64,000 nucleotides of DNA. Origin: Thalia democratica. Taxonomy: Eukaryota. The notes under the pieces are model-generated. The model was not told where the DNA came from. It was given only the letters and a program-made list of their open reading frames with translations, and searched no databases. Shown here piece by piece: positions 28,201 through 42,973 of this stretch. Position 1 is the stretch's first letter. Every line of letters begins with the position of its first letter. The stretch covers positions 57,412,001 to 57,476,000 of the forward strand of contig OZ241831.1 in the NCBI GenBank assembly GCA_965202585.1, in the 5' to 3' direction. A program made the translations under genes and the position numbers.

Positions 28201-29676
28201 TAATCTGTTAAACAAAACTTGATAACTTGTCTTTTTAATCTATTATAAAGTTTGAATGTATTATAAAAGATGTATAGGAGTAACATATTATTTACAATTT
28301 CTCTTACTAAAACTGTGAACTGAAATTATTATTACATAAAATATGTTTTTCTTCTAAGCTTAGAAACATATTACAGTCTGAAAAGTATTATTTTTTAGTA
28401 TAAACTTCGTAATAAAAATTCCATTTTAGTACAAAAAAAAAAGATGTTAATTTTATTGCAACAAACTAACTAATACATTTTTTAAGCAATATTTTGTTTA
28501 AATTTAAATATCTTAGAGACCATAAAAGCACCTCCTCTGAAAATATGAAAAACACCTATTTGCTTTTTTTTACTTTTAGGTAAAATTTTCCTTTTCTTTT
28601 TATTGCTCTCTCAGATGATTACGTAGTAAATACTTCACAGTAAACTACTTTAATCCGTGATTTATAAAAATAAAAGCAAATATTCAATTGATTAACTGTT
28701 TGCATTCAGCAAAAGTAAATCCTTTTAATTTTCAAAGGTCAGGACAGACCTAAAATATTGCTCACTTGAAATGGATTTCAGAAGTGAAATAACTTGTTTA
28801 GCATAACAAAGTTAGATCACAAGTTTTAGGAGTTTCAAACCATCGGCTTACGTTATTACTAAAAATAATTAGAATTAAAAAACAGGTAGACTTAAAAATA
28901 AACTTATAACATATGTTTATAGATCATAAAACATGTTTTATACTAAAGTTGAATTGTTGAAAAACAGTTAGAAATCACTACTTTATAATAGGAAAAAAAA
29001 TAAATTGTTTGTTTTCTAAAACACTTTATTTAGCAAGTATGAAAGTATCTATGAATTTATAATTTATTTTCAAAATATTTTAAGTTATTTTAGTTACTGG
29101 CGAGATATATAAACAATACTTTCTTAGCCAAATAAAGTATTAAAAAATAAAAATTCTTTTTTTTAATTAATACTTATGAATATTTTTTTGTTACATTTCT
29201 TATAAATATTACAAAAAAAGCATCAGACTCAAAGAATATTTTTCGGCATATATCAACTAAAACATACTCTGATGTAATAACAAGCTTTTGTCCACAGTTT
29301 TAGTACTTTTAGTTGTAAAATGTGAAATTTTTAAATATATTAATATAATTTCTTATTTATCTAAAAAGGTTTTTAGTCAAAAAGCTATATCAACATCCAA
29401 TTATTTTAGAAAGCAATACTGTAAACCCAAAAGCTAATAATTTTAAATTTTTTCATAATCATTTTATTATCTTTATGTAAAACAGAATTTACTTTAAATT
29501 TATCAAAAATTAGACCAAAAATTAAAAACATAGATTTAAATTTGATAACAACAGTTTAAAAAATTTAAAAACATATAAGAAATGTTATAAAATACTATTA
29601 AGTATATTTAAAAATTTAAGACTTCAAATTATACTTTAAATCGATTATAATTAAACTATTGTTATAATGAGATATA

Positions 29677-29876
29677 CACCACAGATGTTTTTGTGTAAAA
29701 ACTTTATTCCGACTAACAGCGTTTCACTGCTCTCAAATTAGTTAAAGAACAGGTCTACGGAGTCTCTAAATAGCTCTAAGAAATGAGAGACTCCGTAGAT
29801 CTGTTCTTAAATTTTTTTGATAGCAGTGAAACGCCGTTAGTCGGAACAAATTCTTGACATAAAAACATCTGTGGTT
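29677..29876. mobile_element. 200-bp foldback MITE flanked by TA
   Basis: ~90-bp arms accacagatgttttt...ctacggagtctct and agagactccgtag...aaaaacatctgtggt with high complementarity; tata on both flanks. Confidence 0.8.
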
Positions 29877-29879
29877 TAT

Positions 29880-29906
29880 ATCCTGATAAGCTTAGCTTAT
29901 CAGGAT
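29880..29906. repeat. Perfect 27-bp palindrome
   Basis: atcctgataagct-t-agcttatcaggat, directly abutting the MITE. Confidence 0.9.
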
Positions 29907-31049
29907 CTCCAAGATTTAACGCCTTTTAACGTTACATCTTTTAAGGAGATATATATGAATATAAATAATTTAATCTCGTATAGTTTGCAGTAAATGCGAA
30001 ATATTGTTACCTGTACATAATAGTTTTAAAACTTATTTTAAAACTAAAATACCAAATACATACAACAACAAAATAGATTTTCATGTGTACGATTAGTGTT
30101 TGAATTATAAAAAAAATAGGTTTATGTTATTTATTAAAAGCAAATCATATCAGTAAAATTTTCAAAAATTTTGATTTACAATGTTTTTTATCTTAGTCAA
30201 CTAAGACAAGGTAGCCTTTTAAACTAACTGACTTAAAGTATATCCTTTTTAGTATATTTAATTTCGTTAATGTCAATTGTTACAATTATTAGTAAAAATA
30301 ATTTAACTTATATAGTTTTTTTTTGTGCAATATTTGTAAACTGTTGTTTAATACAACAACTAATATCCGTATAAATTTGATGTTTCCATGTATAGATAAT
30401 ATGCCAAAAACTATTCGAAAATGACATTCTAACTAAAACATACCTGTTCATGATTCAATAATTTAAACTTATTTCATGAAGCATTTCATATGTGCATAAA
30501 GAGTCTGTTTTGATAAACGCTTATTTAAAAATTAATATATAAAAGTTTATGTAATTTACAAAAAATTAAATACATTGGTTACTTTTAATAGATTATGTTT
30601 ATAAATAAATTTGTTTTAGTAGCTAATACAAGTGTTAGAAAAAAATAAAAAGCTTATAAAATTTTATCAATTGAAAACTTTATAAAAAAATCTTAATATT
30701 TGGTTTACATCAGTTTTAAGTATACTTTATTCAAGCAAAAAAAATGGTACATTAACAATTATATATTTGAAAAAAAAGTATAAAAAAAGTTTAGGAATAA
30801 AAGTAAAAGTAAATTTCTAAGTTTTCATAAAGTTTCTTGCTCGATCGAAGTTTAAGTAAATTCCATCAATATAAAATAATACAGTTTTAAAGCATTAAGT
30901 TAGGTTTTTGATTTATGCTTTCACAAATTTTCACACCATTTCGCTAACCACAAGAGTAACTAATTGGTTTTTTGTAACTGAAAACACAAACTATTAGACC
31001 AGATATTAAACTTTTTAAATTATTTTACTGCTTCAAATCGAGAATGATT

Positions 31050-31589
31050 AAAATTACACGAAGACAAGTTTTCTCGAAGACAAGTATTCTCGAAGACAAA
31101 TTTGTACAAATGACAATTTTGCATGGAGGGTTAACTTTGCATGAGAGGAATAAGAAAAAATTAAGACAAATTAATTAAAAGCATAAAGAAAAAAATACCG
31201 TCCGAGTTTAAGGGTTAGGGGTAATAATAACAGTAAATATAAAAATAATTACTATTAATAATAAAAAAATCAAAGGAAAAGCAAGATAAATAAATAGATT
31301 AAAAAAAAAGCTACTGACTTAAGGTAAAGCTTAGATGTAATAGTGATAGTAAAATAAAAAGCTACCGACTGAGGATAAGGGTTAAGGTAAAAGTAATAGT
31401 AAAATTATGATAAAGTTTAAATTTTTATAAAAAAAAAAGTTTTAACCCGTGCAAAATTTTCACTTGCGCAAAAATGGCCTTTCTTGCAAAAGGGTCTCTA
31501 TGCAGATTGTCAGTTCGGGCAAAAGTGTCTTCGTGCAATTTTTTTCCTCGTGCATAAGTGTTGCCGTGAACTTGTCTTCATAAAATTTT
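31050..31589. mobile_element. MITE-like element with gaagacaag subterminal repeats and internal gggttaggg-type motifs
   Basis: Left end aaaattacacgaagacaagtt with three gaagacaa repeats; right end aacttgtcttcataaaatttt is the inverted counterpart. No TSD resolved. Confidence 0.5.
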
Positions 31590-34500
31590 ACCGCTCCTGC
31601 AATTATGACACCTACCCTTCATGTCAGAGCTTTTGAAATTTAATTCTTTTTAAGTATAAATTAAATTTGTAAAAACTTTCTTACATAACACATTGATAGA
31701 TTTTAATAGGTTATTAAAGATTATTTTTTTAGCTTTACTTTACATTAGCAGTCTAACCATTTATTTTAGTTCTGATTCATTGTAAAAAACATAGCTTAAA
31801 TCCTGCTAAAAGTAATATTAATGCTGGTTTAATACTACAATACTTTATATACTTAGTATATTTTTTTTTATTGATCATAACTAACTTTAAAAGTCTTAAT
31901 TAAATCAACATTACTTATTAAATATTCGAGCGCTAAGTAAAAAAAAATCAAGTTTAAGTTTTAACTTGAAAAAGGTCTCATTTTATTTAAAATTCTTACA
32001 AATTATGAAACATTAAGATTAAGCGAGCTAACCAGAAATAATTAGCGAAGCAGACTGAAGGACAAAAAAGCTGTAATTATTGATTCTTCATTTATAAACG
32101 ATTCTGCGCGATGCAAACTACTTTATTAGTTGGAAACAAATGATGCAAATAGATGAAACCTTTGATTTTTTTATAATAAACTTGAAACAGTTATTTTGTG
32201 ATTTTATTTTTTTTGATAACTTATTTACTATAACTTTTATTTTCAAGATATTTTTCTATAGTTTAGTCAAATAATTTCAAGTTACAGAATTGTTTCTTAA
32301 AAATCCGTTTTTTTTCTTTCTCGTAGAAAGTTTTTTTTTATATATGGCTAACGAATCTGATCATAGATAAATATTTTCTTAAAGTTTTAAGATACAATTA
32401 TTTTAACATAAATTTTATGTCACTTTCAAATTTCTTAACAATTATTTTATGAAATTATTAGAATTAACAAAGAGTTTTCAAAAATTCATTTTGTTTAAAC
32501 TTAAACATCTGATGCTGGCATTATATAAAAAAAAAGATTTAAATTTTATATTAATTGATGTCAATAAAACATTTACAATAAGTTACTAAATTAGGTTCTT
32601 TATATTTTTAACCTTATGAAACAAAATACTTAATACAAAATTTAAGCTACACAAGAAATCCCTGCTTAAGTCTTTAGCCTAACATAGTAGTTAAAGTACA
32701 ACCGAGTAGGGGAATTTCGAACATTTAGTTTCATTAGTTTTTTAATTAAATAAGAAATTAATTAATGTGAACAAATTTATGTTTAAATACATTTAAAATA
32801 ATTATAAGTAATAATATTTATTTGTGCTAAACGAAATAGAATTAGTTAATATAGAAAAATGGATCTAAAGATTATTAAATTATAAACTGTAACAAAGTTG
32901 CCACACACTCAGGATTCCATGTATAATTCAAGACAATTTAATTTTTGAAAAAAAAACAACAGGAAACTGATGTCAGCTTCTTTTTTTATCAAAATCTCAG
33001 TTTTTTTAATACTGTTAAAATATCAGGTTAGTTTTTTAGATTTTGAATTGAATTTTGTGTATTTAACTTTAATGTTTTGATATTTATAACTCATTTTGTA
33101 GTAAAACTAGATTTTACTCATTTTGACAACATTTTAGGACTTTTTAAAGGATTTAAAAAATATCAGGATATTTAAGGACAGTTTATCGTCACTCAGAAGT
33201 TTTTTATTCGCCCTAAAAAGTAAAACTCTGATGTAAACAATTATGTATAAAAATATTGTAGCTATAAAAAAATGTTACACTTTGATACACTTATTTAAGT
33301 GGTAAACTTTACATTAAAATAGAATAAACGATGTAAACAAAAATAAGTTTGAATTTCATCAGGTTCATTAAAATATCTCTCCATGTTTACACGACATTCA
33401 ATTTGTTGTTCTATATTGTAACCAATTTCATCAGTCAAATCACAGGGTTTTAGGTTTTTAGGAAAGTATTTGAATTTTACTTCATAAAAATGAAGAAATT
33501 TACCCCTAGTAATATTCAAATAGCTAATAAAATTGAATTAATTTTTAGTTACAATTATGTAATAAAAGCTTGAGTGTCGCCATAAAATATCCTGGACTTA
33601 AAATTTTTTTAATTGCATAACTATTTATGGTAAATTTAAAGGACTTATAAGGACTTGAGTTTCAAACCATAAATAATTGAATAAAATCAAAATTTCAATT
33701 CGATAAAGTGCTGGAATCTGTTTCAGTATCAAAAGTTGATTTATAGATAAAAGAGTAAAACTATTTTTACTTTACAGATAGTTTAATCTTAAACATTTTT
33801 TATATAAAAAACTTGAGACATATCAATTTTCATAAATTAAATTTAAAGAATTATTTTGCAAGTTGAATTACAAGTCATTATGTTTTCAATAAAATAGTAG
33901 ATTGTATTACGTTTCAGTTGAATCTTAATTAAGATAAAAAAATAGGAATCGATTGAACTTGTTGAAAAATAAGTTTCACAAATCCGATTTTTAACCTATA
34001 CTTTGATCCAACTGGAATTAATTATTGTTCGCTTTTTTATTGAAGTAAAGTAAAAACCGAGTTTAAATATTTATTAAAATAAAAACTGATCTAATATGGA
34101 TCTTGGCAGGCTATGGCTTTGGTTTTACACAGTATTTTGATTTTTAGCTTAAAAGAAATCTAAATTTTTATTATGAATACAATCTTCAAATCGGCTTACA
34201 CTAACTGAAATATATTTAGATGTAGATGAATTTTTCTAACCTAGTGTAAAGCCCTTTAATCACTAATTTTCAAAGATTTTTGTTTGTTTTTAGTTGCAGT
34301 ACATATTAACCTTTATTATATCTTTTTTGTAATATTAACATTAAATTTAACTACATGGTATGTTTTTTTTCAAAAAGATTTAAGAAATTACCTGTTTATC
34401 TAATATAAGGTTCCTAAGAATTTCAAGAAATACACATAGCTTTGGTGACTTTGATGTGTGTCATAATTAAAATGATTGGATTTTATAAAATCGGTCTGTA

Positions 34501-37488
34501 AATCCTAGTTAAAAACAAAATTAACATCAATTTTTTTTTTAAACAAAAAATTTTAAGCTGTGTTTGGGTAATATTGGTAAGAGATATGAATTAATTTAAA
34601 AAAGGTTTTGGAAAAAATATTTTTTATCTCAATTGTTTTACAATTTATATTTACTTTTATCCTGAACTCATTAAACAAAAATAGGTAAAAAGTCATTTAA
34701 TTACAAAACAAACTTTATACACCAAAAATTTGATAGATACGTAAAGTTTTAACTTTTTTTAAAGTATAAATTCTGATCAAACCAAAGTACTTAACATTTT
34801 TAGGTAATATTCAAACAATTTTTAATTTTAAAAATATATAATTTTTAAAATAAAGATGTTATATAAATAACATTGAAAACATGGCAGCAAAGCTTTAATT
34901 TAAAAAAAAAATAATTTATGATATTAGCTTAAATTTTGAGAAAGTTATTAACATTTGTTTTAGATACATTGAAAAACATGCAACTAATTTGACTATATTA
35001 AGGCAAGACTTTTTTGTTAAATATAATTTTTTAATTTATATTTATTATTCAGTTTATGCTCTTACTCCTAACCCACCATACCTAAATGTCTAACAAAAAC
35101 AAAAAAAAAAGTGTTAATAATTAAAATTAAAAACAACATGAAGAAAGTCTTGTTTTGATATGTGCAAATTTGTTGCATGTTTTCTATACAATGCACTGGT
35201 TCCTTAAAATAAAATTCAATTATTTAATTTGTTAATTTAAAACTTAAGAATTTAAAACCAAAGTAACAAAAAACATTTAAAATTGAATATTTTGTATGAA
35301 AAAAGTAATTGTTTATATCAAGAACTGTTTGTATCATAAATCAAATTCTGCTTGGTGTTCAAGCTGTAGCTTTTAAAAATGTAGCCCAAAGTAACATGAG
35401 CTTGAAGTTTTTATTGTTTGTGCTCAGCAAAGCGTGGCAATGATTCAACTTATCAGTTTGATTTGCTGTGCCTGAAAGTAGTATAATAGATATAAATAGC
35501 TCAATATGTAAAAAAAAGTATCTGAATTAGCTAAGACATTTTGAAATTGTAGTATGTTAATCAATGGTTCAAGTTAGCAGAAGTAGAAAAACTTTTGAAC
35601 ATTTAAAGTAACAAAAGTTTAATAAAAAACTACTTGAAATTGATAAAAAATTTCCAAGTGTCCTTGTAATCTTAAAAATCTGTTATGTGATAATTCAATG
35701 TTTCAAAAAAAAAAAGAAATTAGCTGATAACAGTACCCAAAAACCTAAAGCTAATTACATATTTTGTACTTATATCTTGTAAAAATTGTTAAGTTAGTAA
35801 ATTAAGTTAACCAACTATCTGCAAAAAAAACATGCTTGTAACCTTAAAACTAATATTTAAAATGCTTTTGATCTGGTTTTTACTAACGCATTAAGCTAAT
35901 ACACTGGCGTTATAACAAATAAAAATTTAAAAATATATAATGAAATTAATGCATCTTTTATTTTACCTTTTTTTATATCAGCATGAATAGAGACATAAAG
36001 AGATAGGTTTAAAATTTAATATTTATTTCTCATCAAATTAGTATATTTATAATGCATTAATCTAGCATGCAAAAATTAAAATGTATACTACATTTCAATT
36101 ACATACATTTCAATTACATACATTTTAATTAGATAAAAGTAAACAACACTTGAAAGTTCAAAACGTTTTTTTGTATTTTTATTAGAGATTATCATGCAAT
36201 TTTTCAGTTAAAAAAAAGTGATTATTTTGCTCCAATCAAAAATTATTTTGTTTAATCTAAATATTGGGCTTATGTTGCTTCATCATTTAAATTAAATACA
36301 AGTTATCAGAAGTTACAAAAACCTTTTGAATATTTCTAGTTGTTTAAAGTGTTTAGCTTAACAAAACAGTAATAATAATGTGTCACGTATGGTAGCAAAC
36401 AGGTATTTATTTTAAGAGTTCAAATTAGAAATTCAAGTATATGTTTATTGAATATTTGACAACTTTATAAAAATAAAGATAATTTATATTTTAACTTGTG
36501 AAAAATTAATACTTTTACTGAGTAGTAGTGTAAAGTATTTTTTATAAATTAAAACCTAACCTACTAATTTTAATTTTAAACTTTACTTAATAATAGACTC
36601 TTTTTAATACTTTAATAGAAAATAATCAATTTTAAATAAAACATTTTTTTTTAATCAATATTTAGCTTATTTAAAGACAAAGATGATTAAAATATCAATC
36701 AGTTTAATTAAGTCATTGTTTATATCAGTGATCTATGTATATATACGGACTATACATATAGAAAATTCTGTGGTTAATATAGTTTAACACTTGCAACAGA
36801 GCACACTTGAAGGGCTTTTAAATATTTATAATGAAAAGAATATTTAGAAAAAAAAACAGAAAGTATGTTTCATAAAGCTTAGTGCTTTAGTCTTCAGCTA
36901 GTACGAATTGAGTAAATAACTAAATAAAAATATGTGTCTAAAAATGATCAAATGCTTATCTAGACTTCAAGTAAATAAATAAATTGTGCATTTAAAGTTG
37001 TAACTTTATACGCTTATAGTAATACAATAATTACACTATTGTTTAAATCTTAATAAAAACTTGAGACTGTTTTTTTTTTTACATTCAAGACCCCAAAATA
37101 TATTGTGTTAATTTCGTATATTATACTAATTTTGACTGAGCCATTTTTACTCTTCTTTACAAACCACCGAAAATTTAGTTTAAGTCAGAAAAGTTTTAGA
37201 TGCTGGAATATCTAATGTACAGTTCTGGTTTAAAAATTTACAGACCTCTTCCTAAATTTAGTTTATGATACTTAAGAGAAATATACAAACGTCAAATCTG
37301 TACAAAAATTATCAACTGAAATAAACCAAGTTACAAAATTATGTCTAAATTTAACTTTCGTCTTTAACTATATTGCATTAAATAAATAAATTTTCAAACA
37401 CTTTTATTAGCTTTTCTTAGGACATTAAAAACTTGGTGCATTAATTTAAATTACAAGCATAATAGTATATATTAAGGTTACTGGTTAT

Positions 37489-38110
37489 TAGGGTGCTAAT
37501 TTTTACAGCTTTTTTTTCCGGCTGGCTAAGTTTCTGTGTATTGAAAATATCATAAAAAAACTTGTGTTAAATTTTATATGATTTGAAGAAACTTTCACTT
37601 TGGCTACAAGCGGTTTTCTAAAAACCACAACAATGCAAAATGTAAGGGGTTCAAAAAATGCGACCTTGGAGTTTATAGCTAAAATTTGTCTTTTACATGT
37701 TGCTAATTTTACCACAAACACAATGTGAACAATTTAAAACGATTCAAAGAAACTTTTATTGTGTAAGTTCTAGGTTTTATGCATTTTTCATTACTTTTTG
37801 TAAGTTTTCTTAAATTTCCGTTTTTTTTTCAAAAACAAAAAACTTTACATAAAACTTTCTTTAAATTGTTTTAATTTATTCATAATGTATTTGTTGGTAA
37901 TTAGCCACAAGTAAATAAAATTCAGCTTAAAACTCAAAGACTACACTTGTTTGATCCCATACATTTGCATTGGGATCGTTTTTAGAAAATCGGTTGGAGT
38001 CAAGGAGAAATTTTCTTCAAAAGGTCTAAAGTTCCGCACAGGATGTTTTTATAATATTTCCAAAACATATAGCCGGAAGACTAAAGGTAGCTGTAAAAAT
38101 AAGCACCCTA
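37489..38110. mobile_element. Old hAT-like foldback element, 622 bp
   Basis: TIR tagggtgctaatttttacagct / agctgtaaaaataagcacccta; diverged inverted arms extend ~240 bp; flanks ctggttat / ctgtttgt (6/8 match). Confidence 0.75.
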
Positions 38111-39323
38111 CTGTTTGTTTAACAAAACAAAAAACCCAAACAGTCATCTCTTAGATGTTACGTGAGCATTACCGTATATTTTTATTTAATACAAATTAAA
38201 AAACAAATTTCATACATAGTTTACAGAGTATATGACATAACGTTTTTATGCTAAAGCATTGCCATCAATATTAATTACCTTCTGCATCTTTCAGATGATT
38301 TATACAAAAATGATTATTATTGAAAAATTTCTGAAAAAAAAACATTTAAAAAATTCAACTTCACTGTCCTCGAATAATTTTACTTTCAACTCGATTATAG
38401 AATATTTTGGTTTTCATAATCAAGAGTTGCAATCATTTAAGAAATTAAGAATTATTATATTAAACCTATGTTAAATTAATTTAACTAAAAATGTCATGCT
38501 CGCGCATATTACGATTTTTTATCAGAAATATGGCAACTACTACTTACTAATAAATTACTTCATAGTTGCCATATTGATAATGAACCAAAAATTAGATTTA
38601 ATTCATTAGGGTTCTTATAAATTAAATGATTTTAAAATAAGCGCTTAACATTTGTTTTTAAATTAATTTAAAATGAAAATTAATAACAGTCTCAGTTTAT
38701 AAATTAAATAAATTTTAATAATTTTATAAAAAAATTTGTTTACTGCAAGTTATAACAACTTTGACTTTTTCAGTTTTTGAAATAAAAACGACAAAAATAT
38801 TTTCATTAGTATAAAATGTCAAAAAAAAATTACTATATTTTCAAAAAATGTCATTTAAAAAAAAGTTTTTTTCTATATTTAAAGCTTTAAAATGTTGTTT
38901 TGTTTTCATACGAACAGAAAATCCGCTTTAAAATAGGTATTTCTGTTAATTACAATTAGGAAGCAATTTTTGAATAATAGTTATTTGGTAAATGATTCTA
39001 GAACAAATATTTTATACAACGATCACAAATTGTCACCAAAATTTAAAGTCTTAAAACCAGAATTTATTACTTTTTGATGAAAATCATAGTCACAACTGGC
39101 GTATATCTCCATGATGCACCAAGAGCATATATAAAAAGCTTTTCCATCGAATCTATCTTACTAAGTCTTTTTTTCACTTAATTGATATCTTTGTTAAAAG
39201 AAAAATAACTTGACAAACCTAAGTACATATATAATATGACTTTAGTTTATTACGCACTTTTGAAGAAAATAGTCGTACTTAAATTTAAAAGTTGTATCAT
39301 TTAAATTTAAAAAAGTGACCCTA

Positions 39324-39728
39324 CAGGGTTACCACAAAACCTGTAATCCTGGAAAGACCTTGATTTGAAAAATTAACCTAAAAAAAAAACGGAAAAACTT
39401 GGAATTTGAGAAACTTATAAACAATATTTAATTTAAGACAAAAAAAATAAAAATATAGTATTTTATACTATTTCAAAAAAAGATGAAAAAAATGATTACA
39501 TATGAAAAATAATCATAAAGATTTTTTTTTTTTTTGACTTGTTAAAATACATTTTTAAATAGATTTACAGTGTCATTTTTATTTTTTTATACTTTTTGAT
39601 GTAGATATATATTTTTTCTGAGTTTTAATTTTAAACTGAAAATTAACCAAAAAAAACGTGTTTTTTAAAAACCTTGAAAAATTTTAAATCCTGGAATAAA
39701 TTTAGAAAAAAAACATCTGGCAACCCTT
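39324..39728. mobile_element. CAGGGTTGCCA-type non-autonomous DNA transposon with 6-bp TSD
   Basis: Ends cagggttacca / tggcaaccctt; ACCCTA on both flanks (39318-39323, 39729-39734). Confidence 0.7.
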
Positions 39729-41470
39729 ACCCTACCATTAGGTAAGTTTTTAAAAAAATTTTATATATTAATTATCTAAATAGGTTGATAAGCCGTATGA
39801 TTTCTATTAAAAACCTTTTTTTTTCAAATAAAAAAAACACAGAAACTAGGTTTAATTAATAACTATGAAAACAAGCTTACTTGAAGTTATAGTAAACAAA
39901 TATGTCTATACGTGGTCCTAAAATGCATATGCATATCTTTATTACTGTTTGTGTGATAAATTTTCCTAAAAATCTTAGATAAAATTGAGATTTTTTTGTC
40001 ACTTCAAAATTACTGCATAGTTAACCATTAAATTGAAAGTTAGTTTTAGAAGGTCTCCATTAGTACTTACATACAACCGTTTTACCTTTTTGTGCAGTCT
40101 GTTAGTGAGAAAAGAGTATTCATATAGATTTGCACTTTAAATTTCCTCTAAAAGAATTGTATGTTAAAACCCTGTTACAGTTCAATACTACTTTGAATTA
40201 AATATTTTACAGTTCAAGGATGTGTTTTGACTAGTTTCATAGAGCCTGTGGATCCCTGAAAAAATACTTAAAATTATCGCTAATAAAGTTGTTTAATCAG
40301 AAATTCACACAAAGTTAACATACTTTGTTGTTCTTTTTGTCTCAATTTTAAAAAATAATGTTGAATTGATAAGTTTTAAAGTATAAAACTATTCATGTTT
40401 ATGTGCACTAGTAGCTATCTTTTTAAAGAGATTTAAAGTTGAAGTTTAGTAGTGATTTCATATATACTTCATAATAAATAAGAGCCTACTTATAAAGGGA
40501 AATTAAACTAAGATTTTAAAAGTTTTCAGGTTTAAACACTTAAGTTAGTATTAAATAGTTATTGTGCAAAGCTTTTAACTAAAAAAATAATTTTTACTTT
40601 AAATGTAATCAAAGTTAAATAATAAACTTAACTGCACTTAGTCGCATGTAAAAAAATTTTAATGTGAACTTAATGTTGCTTTTATTAGCATTAAGTAAAA
40701 AGCTTTTCAAATCTTGGTAGTATTAAGGCAGGTTCCCAAAGTATTTTAATAGGATATTGCAAAACAATATAACACACGGTATTTAACTATTTAGGTTTTG
40801 ATTCTTGTAGTTTACTAGATGCTGGCCAAGACACTTAAACTATTCTAAAACAACAATAAAATAGTTAAATTTTAATAATTTCCTTGAATTAAAACTTGAA
40901 TGAATTTTAATTTCATGTTCCTTCATCATTGAATTCTAATTTAAATTTGTATGATAAAATCATTAGCTTTTCAAAGTGGCATAATAATTTCAAATATTTA
41001 GTTGTTTGAATCTAAAAAACTTTGTAAACAAATAATTTATCATAATCGAAGTCTAATGCTCTGCTCCGACTAGTAGTAGAGTGTCGTTTTCTTTCATTCT
41101 CTTCTTTCAAATTATTTCATATTTATAATCACTCTGTTCGTTTAAGCGCGGTTGCTTTACGCTTGTTTCGTTGAATCGTTGCCTTAATTTGGTTTGTTTT
41201 AAAATGGGCAGTCCTGCACATTTAGCAGTTTAATATAGCATAATAATATCGTTACTAGCCGTAACAATGTCGATTGTTTTTAACTTTGGCTGTTAAGCTA
41301 GTAAATTTGTTGTATTGTTATCTTTATAAGTTAGTTTATTCATTGTAATCGCACATTTATTCATTGTTAATACATTCTTAATTTACAAATTCGATTTTAG
41401 TTGTACAAGTAGTTCAAGTTATCTACAACTTTATAAACCTACTATATTAATTAATTAAGTCTATCTAAAT

Positions 41471-41709
41471 CAGGGCTCACAAAAGTGGGCCATGACAGAC
41501 ATTCAGACGGCCATGAGCAGCAAAGGGCCAAAAAAAGGGCCATGAGGACACAACTTGAAACTTACACTAAATATTCTTAAGCTCTTGATGAAGAACATAA
41601 AAAAGTCTTGGTGTATTTATGGTAGTTTTTAAGTAATCTTGTTGAAGGGGGCCATACCTTGTTTAATTTCTTTAAAAAGGTCCACTAAAAAAAAATTTGG
41701 GAAACCCTA
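41471..41709. mobile_element. Short hAT-like non-autonomous element
   Basis: Ends cagggctcacaaa / tttgggaaacccta; internal ggccatga repeats; flanks atctaaat / gtctaaac (6/8 match). Confidence 0.55.
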
Positions 41710-42973
41710 GTCTAAACACTAGCTTAAGAACTATCAGAGGATTTATAACTAAATATTAGCGCACTATAGTCAGTAAACGCCAGACCCGTGATTAATATAT
41801 AATCAAGCACACATCCTAAAATTTTTTTTAGAAGTTTAAATTGATATTAACAAAAATTTTTAATGATACTAATGTAATATTTTCAAATTGAATTGCTAAC
41901 AATTAACATATAGTTATAGTTATGGTAGTTATTAGAATTTGATTTAGTTTCAGCAATTATTTCAAAAGACTAACTTTTATATAGAAAAATATTTATCATA
42001 ATGTCTGTACAGTTGAAAAAATAAAGATAAATCGTTTTTTAACCTTTTTATTAACAGAAATTTTTCAAAGAGTTTTAAGAGCAAGTGCCATTCTAAGTAT
42101 TTTACAATTAATTTCATGAAGATAACCTTTTGTTACAAAATAATTAACAAATGCTTTAAATTGTTGCTACTTACCTTTTTTCTGAAATTTTATTTAAAGC
42201 CGCTATTGGAATGACTCTATTGGTGGTACTAAATAGAAAGTATAGTTCTACCCTGCTTACATACGACTAGACATGTTCTTTTTACTGTTTGAAATATTCT
42301 AGTTTGTTCTATGTTCATATTCATTTACTATAACGTAAAAAATATTTTAGCTATTTTGAGTAAAAACTATATTTCGTTTTTATTTTGTTTTAAATTTTGA
42401 TGCAATTATATCGATTAAAAAGAGTTTTATGTTTTGTTAATAACATAATACCAACTGTGTAAATAAAGAATATAAAATGTTGTAAGTATTGCCAATAATC
42501 TTGACAACAGATACGCTTCTAACAATTATTTATATCTCTATCATAATGTAAACTCAAAGGAGGAAACCAAACCTGTATTTTCATATTTTTATGCAATTTT
42601 TTCATTGATATGCGTAATTATCTATTAATGTACGGCCATTATTTTTTAAACAACAAGTTCTTCATTAAAATTAAAGATTATTCAAAAACAAAAACTGAAT
42701 ATTTTTTGAATAGGCAGTTTTGCAATGGATCGTTCCTGTAGGATTTATATATTTTTAACATTGTTCTAATGAAAAACTTATGCATACGAGACAGTAAGCA
42801 AAATAAGATTAGCACAAAATTCTAAGAACTTAATGACACTATTATATATTTTAAGTCTCCAATGTGTAATAACAGTCAGTTTTAGGTGAAAGTATATTGT
42901 ATATAAATTATCGTTTTTACTTCACTGTCAGGTACGCACTTTCTGTTTAGTACTTAATTTTAGAGCCAAAAAC

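Noticed and set aside
25641-38474. Short AT-rich ORFs (25641, 33295, 37503, 37951, 38259)
   Set aside because: K/F/I/N-biased composition typical of random AT-rich ORFs; those at 37503 and 37951 are the two arms of a foldback element.
41040-41225. Minus-strand CRTAHF, superficially THAP-like
   Set aside because: Flanked by stops and lacks the other THAP Cys/Trp/Pro motifs.
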